Source: Spirochaetales bacterium (GTDB taxonomy: Bacteria; Spirochaetota; GWE2-31-10). Taken from it: a stretch of DNA of 64,000 nucleotides. The notes below the pieces were generated by a model. It made no database searches. It was not told the DNA's origin and saw only the letters and a program-made list of their open reading frames with translations. The stretch is taken from the NCBI GenBank assembly GCA_017624275.1, contig JAGANG010000010.1, positions 14,359 through 78,358 on the forward strand. The letters are read 5' to 3'. A program made the translations under genes and the position numbers. Positions 56,383 through 64,000 of the stretch are shown here, piece by piece (positions within the stretch are counted from its first letter, which is position 1; every line of letters begins with the position of its first letter).

Positions 56383-59300
56383 TTATTTTTTTAAGATAAA
56401 CATTGCAGACAACGCCGGTACGCTGACAGTAGAAGATGTTGCTTCGTTTTCCATTAAGTCTATTCCTGAATAATTCAGATCATAACTTCTTGGAGAATTG
56501 GAATAATTTACAATATAAGCAATGGTTTGCTCGCTTGTAGATTTCTCAGCAACAAAAAAAGTATTGTCGGCATAACGTTTTGTATATGTTCCGTTCCACA
56601 ATGCTTCATTTTCATTTCTGATAGTCATAAGTTTGGCTACGTAGTCATGTAAGTCTTGCTCATCTGAACTAAAGCCGCTTATTCGTCCGCTTGTTCTGGC
56701 TACGTTATCACCGTTTTTAGTTGTACCGCTTTTTTCTCCGATTTCGTCTCCGTAGTAAATTGTAATCGGTCCGGTGTAAGCTGCAAGTGTAGAAAGAGCG
56801 ACTTTGTGGCGTTTGTAATATTCGTTGCTGTTATATTTCCAAGTGACTAAGTCGCCGAATCGTACTAAGTCGTGATTTGTAATAAATAAGTTCGGTACGT
56901 AGTTGTCGGATCTTACGTCGCTGCTTGGGTGATAATAACCTTTGGCTGTTGCACTTTTGAATACATAGTCAAGAAGAGTCAACGGTTCACCACCTTTCTC
57001 TTTTGATTCTTCCATTGCGAACATCTGTACAAGTTTGTAACGAGAAGGGAAGTCGAAGCATGAACGAAGTCCGTAACCTGCGGCATTTCCCGGCTCAACA
57101 GATAGTTTCTGGATTGTCGGCGGAATGGAGTCGTCTCCGTTCCAGTGTTCTCCTACCATGTAACCTAAACTTCCCCAGTCAATCCCCGGAGTTCCGTTGG
57201 CATTTGCAGCTTCTTCTACTGCTGTACGAATTTCGTACCAATAGTTGTGACCGTTCGTATATGTACCGTCTCCCATAGAGCCGTTACCCATTCCTGTTTG
57301 GTAACATTGGTCGAGTCGCCAGCCGTCAATTTTGTAGTTCTTTATCCAGTAAGTTGCGACTTCTTTGAAGAATTCCAAAGTACGGTTGTTTGTTCCCGGA
57401 TAATCACATCCGTCATACATACCGTGACTTCTTTGCGGAATTAATCCGGACGGAGAAGGTTTACAGCCAAGTTCGCTCCAGTGTCCGAAAACTCCGTCGA
57501 GTATTATATACATATTTCGTTTGTGACATTCAGCAACGAGTTCTTTAAAATCTTCGATAGTTCCGAAGTTCGGTTCTATAGAAAAATAGTCATAAGCATA
57601 GTAGCCTGTGGCTGCAAGTTTTTTGTCATTCAGTTGGTCTGCACCTGTGTCGAATACCGGAGTAAGCCACAAAGCATTCATTCCCAGACCTTTTATGTAG
57701 TCGAGTGCATTGATAATACCGCGAATATCTCCGTCGTGTTTACTTGGTCCGTATCCTTGATAGAATCCGCAACCATTTCCGCTTTGGAATGCTTCTACCA
57801 TTACTTGGTAGATTCTCAGTTCATTAAATTTTCCGGAAAGCTTTTGGTCGGCTAAGGTAAATGTTGTCGGCATACTTTTTGTTTTTTTACCGGCACGATT
57901 TTCTGCAGTGACAATTATAGTTATTACAGTTCCTTCTATGGATGCAATATCTGATACTCTGAAATTATTTTTACCACGGATAAGAGTGTGCTCTTTTCCG
58001 TTGATTCTTACATTACTGTCGGCTGTGAGCAATGTGTCACTTTCGACATTGATTGTAATTATTTGTGTGGACGCAATACTTTTTCCGCTTTCCGGAGTAA
58101 TAGTGACTTTCGGTGCGGCAGTACTTGCATCTAATGCTTCAAAGACTTCTTCTGCAATTTCTGATGAGATGTAACCGTTACGGAATGCTTTTGCTTTTAC
58201 AACGATGTCTTTAGTACTGTTGTCTATAGTAAAAGCTCTCTGGTATTTTGAAGAAGATTGGTCAGGAATATTATCATCTGTAGTGTAATAAATAACGGCG
58301 TTTGCATCTTTGTGGCTGAGTGTTATCTGATTGCCGTCTACTGTGATTGTCGGCGGTTCGAGTTTACCGGCTTCCAAAATATATGATTGTGATACTGATG
58401 TAGACTTTTGGTCACCCAGGTAAGCAACGGCTTTTATATTTAAAGATGTATAAATATTGAATTCGCCGGTATATTTAAAACTTTTGTCAGTAGGTTCACT
58501 GTCGTCTAATGTGTAATAGATAACTGCATTTTTGTCTTCGTGATTGATTGTTATTTCTAAAGATTTTTCAAAAGTTTTTCCTTCCGGTGTGATTGTCGGT
58601 GCGGTAATTTGTGTTTCGCTTATATTTAAAGTTAATGTTTGTATTTTAGATTCTGCTAAATTGGATTTATATCCTATAGCTTTTATGGTTATTGTGGTTG
58701 CATCTGTAGGAATTATTATTGTTCCGTTGTAGGGAGTGCTGTCTTTTGTCGGAGTAGTACCGTCAAGTGTATAATAGAAATCTACCTGCTCAGTATCGCA
58801 TGATAGCGTGATTTTATCACTTGCTGCGATTGTTGTATTTGATTTGAAATTGAATGAAATAGGAGTAATCTTTGTTTGTTCCGGTTCTATATTTCGAGTC
58901 ATGCCGGTTTCGGAAATAGTAACATTTTCACTTGTTCCAAAATATTCTATATCATTTTCATCAACAAATGAGATTTTAAGTTCGTATGTACCTTCTTTCT
59001 TAAAATTGTCAAAAACAATAGGTTGTCCTTTTTTGTAAGGAATATATTGGCTGTCTTGTTCGCCGGTTATTGAGATTTTTACTTGTGTAACACATGACGG
59101 AATGGCAATTTTTGGGTCAACATTAAATGTAGCGGTTATTTTTATCGGCAAAATTGTAAGGGTTATTTTGTTCCCGTCGGCTACAGATGTTTCTTTTTCT
59201 ACCTTTCCGATAATATTGTTATTTTCATCGTAAGCAAGTGCATAAAGTAAATATTTTCCCTGATTTACGGAAAAAGTATAACTTGTACTTACGGCCTGAC

Positions 59301-59496
59301 GAGAATTGACTTCTTTTCCGGCAATAGTTTTTAAGCCGACTTCATATTTTTTTACGGCTGTATCTAAATTTTGCTCTATTACAATAGTAATATTCGCTTT
59401 AGAATCGGGAATATCTGTGATTTCAGTTTCGGTAGTACACGATATTCCTAATATTAAAAGAATATTTAATAGAAATATTTGCAGTTGTTTTGTCAT
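56383..59496 (-). CDS. Surface lipoprotein alpha-amylase (GH13) with N-terminal Ig-like regions and three chitobiase/FN3-associated-type repeats
   Basis: Lipobox LILGISC after ATG 59496 (GGAG RBS). Three repeats of hYYTxDxxxPxxxSxxY. GH13 regions GMNALWLTPVF, DGVFGHW, GWRLDQ, VGEHW and FITNHDLVR. Confidence 0.8.
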   Translation of the reverse strand: MTKQLQIFLLNILLILGISCTTETEITDIPDSKANITIVIEQNLDTAVKKYEVGLKTIAGKEVNSRQAVSTSYTFSVNQGKYLLYALAYDENNNIIGKVEKETSVADGNKITLTILPIKITATFNVDPKIAIPSCVTQVKISITGEQDSQYIPYKKGQPIVFDNFKKEGTYELKISFVDENDIEYFGTSENVTISETGMTRNIEPEQTKITPISFNFKSNTTIAASDKITLSCDTEQVDFYYTLDGTTPTKDSTPYNGTIIIPTDATTITIKAIGYKSNLAESKIQTLTLNISETQITAPTITPEGKTFEKSLEITINHEDKNAVIYYTLDDSEPTDKSFKYTGEFNIYTSLNIKAVAYLGDQKSTSVSQSYILEAGKLEPPTITVDGNQITLSHKDANAVIYYTTDDNIPDQSSSKYQRAFTIDNSTKDIVVKAKAFRNGYISSEIAEEVFEALDASTAAPKVTITPESGKSIASTQIITINVESDTLLTADSNVRINGKEHTLIRGKNNFRVSDIASIEGTVITIIVTAENRAGKKTKSMPTTFTLADQKLSGKFNELRIYQVMVEAFQSGNGCGFYQGYGPSKHDGDIRGIINALDYIKGLGMNALWLTPVFDTGADQLNDKKLAATGYYAYDYFSIEPNFGTIEDFKELVAECHKRNMYIILDGVFGHWSELGCKPSPSGLIPQRSHGMYDGCDYPGTNNRTLEFFKEVATYWIKNYKIDGWRLDQCYQTGMGNGSMGDGTYTNGHNYWYEIRTAVEEAANANGTPGIDWGSLGYMVGEHWNGDDSIPPTIQKLSVEPGNAAGYGLRSCFDFPSRYKLVQMFAMEESKEKGGEPLTLLDYVFKSATAKGYYHPSSDVRSDNYVPNLFITNHDLVRFGDLVTWKYNSNEYYKRHKVALSTLAAYTGPITIYYGDEIGEKSGTTKNGDNVARTSGRISGFSSDEQDLHDYVAKLMTIRNENEALWNGTYTKRYADNTFFVAEKSTSEQTIAYIVNYSNSPRSYDLNYSGIDLMENEATSSTVSVPALSAMFILKK

Positions 59497-59559
59497 CTTT
59501 TGCTCCATATCGCATTTTTTAGTAATAAGAAAATAGAGCAAAATTAATACCGTCAAAGC

Positions 59560-61131
59560 TTAAAATGTTTTCAGCATATTCAAAAATTCTTCTTTTGACG
59601 CATTGTTCAAACAAATATAAGCACGACTTTTTCCGCTTATTGCAGTAGATAATCGTAACAATTGAAAAACTTTTTCGTTTGTATTGGCATTCGATATCAA
59701 AATTTTACTGATTTCCTTGTCTTTACCAGATGAACGTAAAATATTAACAGCAGTTTCTATTATAGAAGTATTTGCTTCGGCAGCGGGTGTAAATACTTTT
59801 GAAAGATTATTTATCTGAACTTTATCATTGTTACCTTTACCTGTAATATTTTTGATTTCTTTTCGTGTAAAAAGCCAATTCAAAATACGTGTAATAAAAT
59901 TGGCATTTTTTGTTTGCTCATTAATAAATCCCGTAAGTAATGCATTTATTTTTGAACTGCTTATTAATGTGGTGATTTTCTTTATGGTTTCACAGTACAC
60001 GGCGTAATTAGGATCGAGTTTATCTTTGATTATAATTTCTTCCAAAAATCGCAGTGATGAAATGTTTTTTGAAGAAATTATAGCCTGACAGATTTCTTCT
60101 TTTTTAGGTTTGTACAAAATATATTGCGACGGAGTTTCCTCAAATAGTTCTTGTTCCTTTACGGAATAACTTTCAATAAGCATGTTTTTCAGAAGATTTC
60201 TGATAGAATCAATCTTTTTTGATGTTAATGCAAAAAACTTTTTATTATTTTCCGTAACCGAAAGTTTGTTATTTTCTATTTTCAGTGTGTAACGATAGCC
60301 GTTTGAAATTTGCGTGTATTCAGTTTGTTGTTCCAGTTTCACTGCAGAAAATAAAAAGAAACAACTTTTGTCTGAAAAAAAGTTTACGGCGTCGTCTCGT
60401 GTAGTCGGAACATTTAGTTTTAGTTTTACGTGTTTTGATAATAAGTCCCAAATCTCATCACTTTTTGGGAATATCTTGCGTTTTGTATCAAAATAAAGTT
60501 TTTCGTCTTCGATTGTACTGTATAAAAGAGCTTTTTTTTCTGCTTCGATTCGCTCTTGTTCTTCATATTCTGCAATTGTGTTTTTTATTAAGGAAGAAAA
60601 GTAATTGTGCCAATCGTGCATATATTTACGAAACAAATCAAGATATGAAAGTTCGACTTCATGAACTTTGTAAGGTTTGATATTTTCTATTTCGTTTTCC
60701 ATTTCATCAATAATTGTTTTTGCATCTTTATCGGGATGAGATTTTAGATATTCTTGAATTTTCTTTTTGTTGTTGTCGTTGATTTCTTTTTCGTAAGTGT
60801 CGAGCGTTTCTTTGGTGATTTTGAAATTACCCAAGACGCTTGTGTATTTAGGCATTTTCTCTAATAATTTTTGAATTTCCCATAATGCCGTTTCTTTGAA
60901 AATCAGAATAAGATTAAAGGATTTTCGTTCAAAATTTTTGATTCGAATTTTTATTCTGCTGAAATTCAGGAATTGATCTACCAATTGGGGGAAAATGTCT
61001 TCGTGTAATTCCGCAAGTTTAGGAGCCGAATAGATTGCATCAAGTGATATTTGTCCGGTTTTCCACATCATTTTTTTGAATGCGTCAGAAATTAAACTTG
61101 ATTCGTATAATATTCTTTCTATTTGAGTCAT
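59560..61131 (-). CDS. Hypothetical protein (~523 aa), Lys/Glu/Asn-rich, no recognisable domain
   Basis: Long uninterrupted ORF. ATG 61131 is preceded by GGGGGA, whereas the track's 61143 ATG has no RBS. Confidence 0.55.
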   Translation of the reverse strand: MTQIERILYESSLISDAFKKMMWKTGQISLDAIYSAPKLAELHEDIFPQLVDQFLNFSRIKIRIKNFERKSFNLILIFKETALWEIQKLLEKMPKYTSVLGNFKITKETLDTYEKEINDNNKKKIQEYLKSHPDKDAKTIIDEMENEIENIKPYKVHEVELSYLDLFRKYMHDWHNYFSSLIKNTIAEYEEQERIEAEKKALLYSTIEDEKLYFDTKRKIFPKSDEIWDLLSKHVKLKLNVPTTRDDAVNFFSDKSCFFLFSAVKLEQQTEYTQISNGYRYTLKIENNKLSVTENNKKFFALTSKKIDSIRNLLKNMLIESYSVKEQELFEETPSQYILYKPKKEEICQAIISSKNISSLRFLEEIIIKDKLDPNYAVYCETIKKITTLISSSKINALLTGFINEQTKNANFITRILNWLFTRKEIKNITGKGNNDKVQINNLSKVFTPAAEANTSIIETAVNILRSSGKDKEISKILISNANTNEKVFQLLRLSTAISGKSRAYICLNNASKEEFLNMLKTF

Positions 61132-61241
61132 TTTTTCCCCCATTAGGTTAAAAATATTTTTTTATATTCTATCTTATTTACAATTATAATCCTTCAATTA
61201 TCAGCTTCTATTTGTAAATAAGTGAATTTTAGTAAAAAAAA

Positions 61242-61439
61242 TTATTTTTTCCCTTTTTTAGTTTTTTTCTGCAAATCATAAAGCAAGGTTAATGCTTGAA
61301 TCGGAGTCATTCTGTCCAAATCCAAAAATTTTATGGCATTACAAATTTCTTTTGAAATATTATCTTCTTTATGATTTTCGTGAAAATCAAATAAATTGTC
61401 CTTATAGTTATCGGAGCTATGATTGTTTTGTATGACAAT
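61242..61439 (-). other. In-frame continuation of mutS beyond its TAA stop; encodes the conserved MutS C-terminal motif
   Basis: Same frame as mutS, 65 sense codons: IVIQNNHSSDNYKDNLFDFHENHKEDNISKEICNAIKFLDLDRMTPIQALTLLYDLQKKTKKGKK, then TAA at 61244-61242. Confidence 0.7.
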
Positions 61440-63902
61440 TTATTGATTTTTATTTTCATCATTATTTTGTTCGAGTTTTGTTAATAGAGTTTTTGCATAT
61501 TCCACAATAGCATCTGGCATTCCTGCAAGTTCTGCTACATGTATACCGTAACTTTTTTGTGCAGCTTCGGGGATAATCTTATGCAAAAACGTAAAACTGG
61601 AACCGTCTTCTTTTATTGCGACCGAATAATTTTTAATTCCTTCTTTTTTATCGAGTTGTGTCAGCTCGTGGTAATGTGTGGCAAATAAAGTTTTTGCTCC
61701 GAGTATACGCTTGTCGTGTATATAATCGAGAATAGACCATGCGATAGCCAGTCCGTCATACGTACTTGTTCCGCGTCCTATTTCGTCCATAATGATAAGA
61801 CTGCGACCGGTAGCGTATTTTAAAATATTTGCGGTTTCTTGCATTTCTACAAAAAAAGTCGATTGCCCTCTTGCCAAATTGTCGGAAGTCCCGATTCGAG
61901 TAAAAATTCTGTCTACAATTCCTATAGTTGCACTGTCAGCCGGAACAAAACATCCTATTTGAGCCATTAAAATAATAAGTGCATTTTGTCGCAGATAAGT
62001 AGATTTCCCTGCCATATTCGGTCCGGTAATAATCATCAAATAATCTGTCGAAGAAATTTTTGTATCATTAGGAATGAATTCGTCATAATCCATTTTTGTT
62101 TCTACTACCGGATGGCGTCCGCCGTTGATTTCTACATCAAAACCGTCGTTTAATATCGGGCGAACATATCGGCGTTCTTGTGAAATTTTTGCAAACGAAA
62201 GCAATACGTCGAGTTTTGAAATTACTTCTGCGTCTTCTTGAATTTGAACAAGAGATTCTAATAGTTTTTCTCGTGTTTCAATAAAGATATTTCGTTCTAT
62301 TTCATTTATGCGTTCTCGTGCCGTAAGAACTTTTGATTCGTATTCGGATAATTCTTTATTTGTATATCGACATGTGTTTACCAACGACTGACGCAGTATA
62401 AAATCGTCATTAAGATTTTTAGATTGTATTTTTGAAACTTCAAAAAAGTATCCTAAGATTTTGTTGTATTTCACTCGCAATGTAGGAACATCAAAATCTG
62501 AACGGATTTTAGATTCAATTCCGCTAATGTATTCTTTGCTTTCTGATGATAATAATTTTAGTTCATCCAATTCTTTCGAATACCCGTCTTTTACTATATT
62601 TCCGTCGTCAATTAATGTTGCCGGATCATCTTTTATGCGTTCTTCCAGCATATCTACAACGTCAGGCAACGGTGCAAATGTAGAAAATAATTCTTCCAAT
62701 TGAGGAATTTTCCCCAGTAAATTAAGGATTTTCTCACATTCTTGTAATGATATTTTTATACTGATTAAATCTTTGGGAGTAGCTTTATCCAAAACAAGTC
62801 GTCCGGCAAGGCGTTCCAAATCGGTAATATTTTTTATGGAATTCTCAATTTGAGAAATTAAAGCCGGAGTTTTTATAAAAGTATCTACAATATTCAGTCT
62901 TTTTTCTATTTCATCACAATTAAGCAATGGTTCTACAATCCATTTTTTTAAAAGGCGTCCGCCCATTGCAGTTAATGTCTGGTCTATAGTTTCAAGCAGG
63001 GAATTTGTTATCGTACCTTCATTTTGATTACGCAAAAGTTCTAAATGTTTGATTGTGGATTCGTCCAATTGCATTATGCGGTCATTGTTGTGGTAACGCA
63101 AAGGACGAATGTGTGCTAATGAGCCTTGAAAATTATTTTGAAGATATTTCAGTAAAGCTCCCGGAACGGTTAAATCTGTTTTTAATTCAGGGATTCCCAG
63201 TTGGCGAAGGCTTTGCGAATTAAATTGAGTCAAAAGCAACTTTTGATTTTCTTCCGGTGAAAACCAAGTATCGTCGTAACTGTTAAGGAGAAGTCCTTCG
63301 TTTTCATTTAACATCTCTTCTAATGCCGGGAAACGTTGCAACAGAGATTTCGGCACCAAAGCTTCTTTTGGCAAAAGTCTGCACATTTCACCGCGTAATA
63401 CGGAAAAACCGGAAGTGATATCAAGTTCCGTAAATTCAAATTCTCCGGTGGAAATGTCAATATATGCTATTTCCAGCCACATTCCTTTCGCATTTAGCCC
63501 TAAAAGATAATTGTTGCTTTTGTTTGCCAGTTGATCTTCTTTGACTATTGTTCCCGGAGTGATGATTTCCGTAATTCCTCGTTTGACTAATCCTTTAACG
63601 GATTTAGGATCTTCGAGCTGCTCGCAAATTGCGATTTTTTTACCGAAAGAAACGAGTTTTTTTATATAAAAGTTTACGGCGTGAAAGGGAACTCCACACA
63701 TGGGGATTTTGTTTTGCCGCTTTGTTAAGGTTATATTAAGTAATTTTGATGCTTCAATGGCATCTTCAGCAAACATTTCATAAAAGTCGCCGCAACGAAA
63801 GAATAAAAAAGCGTCAGGATATTTATCTTTTAATTCTTTGTGTTGTCTCATCATGGGAGTATCGTATGCTGAAGTTTCTGTTTGGTTTTCTTTTTTTGAC
63901 AT
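61440..63902 (-). CDS. mutS: DNA mismatch repair protein MutS, truncated by an in-frame TAA at 61442-61440
   Basis: TPMMRQ, GDFYEMF, GPNMAGKST Walker A and MDEIGRGTSTYDG. ATG 63902 has an AGGA RBS; the track start 63920 has none. Confidence 0.9.
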   Translation of the reverse strand: MSKKENQTETSAYDTPMMRQHKELKDKYPDAFLFFRCGDFYEMFAEDAIEASKLLNITLTKRQNKIPMCGVPFHAVNFYIKKLVSFGKKIAICEQLEDPKSVKGLVKRGITEIITPGTIVKEDQLANKSNNYLLGLNAKGMWLEIAYIDISTGEFEFTELDITSGFSVLRGEMCRLLPKEALVPKSLLQRFPALEEMLNENEGLLLNSYDDTWFSPEENQKLLLTQFNSQSLRQLGIPELKTDLTVPGALLKYLQNNFQGSLAHIRPLRYHNNDRIMQLDESTIKHLELLRNQNEGTITNSLLETIDQTLTAMGGRLLKKWIVEPLLNCDEIEKRLNIVDTFIKTPALISQIENSIKNITDLERLAGRLVLDKATPKDLISIKISLQECEKILNLLGKIPQLEELFSTFAPLPDVVDMLEERIKDDPATLIDDGNIVKDGYSKELDELKLLSSESKEYISGIESKIRSDFDVPTLRVKYNKILGYFFEVSKIQSKNLNDDFILRQSLVNTCRYTNKELSEYESKVLTARERINEIERNIFIETREKLLESLVQIQEDAEVISKLDVLLSFAKISQERRYVRPILNDGFDVEINGGRHPVVETKMDYDEFIPNDTKISSTDYLMIITGPNMAGKSTYLRQNALIILMAQIGCFVPADSATIGIVDRIFTRIGTSDNLARGQSTFFVEMQETANILKYATGRSLIIMDEIGRGTSTYDGLAIAWSILDYIHDKRILGAKTLFATHYHELTQLDKKEGIKNYSVAIKEDGSSFTFLHKIIPEAAQKSYGIHVAELAGMPDAIVEYAKTLLTKLEQNNDENKNQ

Positions 63903-64000
63903 ATAATTCCTAATTTGCATATAGTTACTTGCTAATTTACACTTTTCGACTCATTTTTTCAAAAAAAACAGCAGGTTATTTTGAAAAAATGTTGAAAAGA

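Noticed and set aside
1-64000. Search for mobile elements, prophage, integrase/transposase genes, rRNA operons, riboswitch-like leaders and toxin-antitoxin pairs.
   Set aside because: None recognised. The only tRNA has no flanking integrase or direct repeats. The long leaders (2078-2415, 23002-23183, 30062-30249, 43374-43629) show only promoter-like AT-rich sequence, without conserved riboswitch cores that I can identify by eye.

Overview
AT-rich, tightly packed bacterial chromosomal segment with about 60 protein genes and 1 tRNA. I recognise no rRNA, CRISPR array, transposase, integrase or phage genes. The gene content (L-x-x-C lipoboxes, several class III cyclase-domain sensors, CheY, HD-GYP, SPOR, Lnt) suggests a low-GC spirochaete-like (Treponema-like) genome; this is inference only.

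Most of the window is housekeeping: oadA/oadG/birA, rdgB, lnt, fabH, a ClpC-type unfoldase, recQ, pullulanase, corA, valS, nhaC, CDF and MATE transporters, coaE, adk, two RNA methyltransferases, a U32 peptidase, tRNA-Met(CAT), a FemAB-family protein, flavodoxin, recC, hemerythrin, polA, a surface GH13 amylase and mutS.

Observations worth a second look:
1. mutS is cut by an in-frame TAA. The same frame stays open for 65 more codons that still encode the conserved MutS C-terminal motif.
2. recC is split by a 1-nt frameshift at a homopolymer.
3. Two tandem, translationally coupled membrane sensors carry cyclase-homology domains that lack both metal-binding Asp residues. They head a same-strand gene string: lipoprotein, ClpC-like, TM-GAF-degenerate-GGDEF, RecQ, LMW-PTP.
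4. A helically phased T-tract array (predicted curved DNA) sits in the largest intergenic gap, next to an orphan plus-strand terminator.
5. Two tandem lipoprotein paralogues have near-identical flanks around a diverged central cassette.
6. Perfect palindromic operator candidates lie at an SdpR/SdpI-like pair and upstream of a DUF3793-flavodoxin pair.

I did not find a clear-cut novel defence or mobile system, so the candidates are hypotheses. All domain calls come from motif recognition by eye, not from HMM or BLAST searches.
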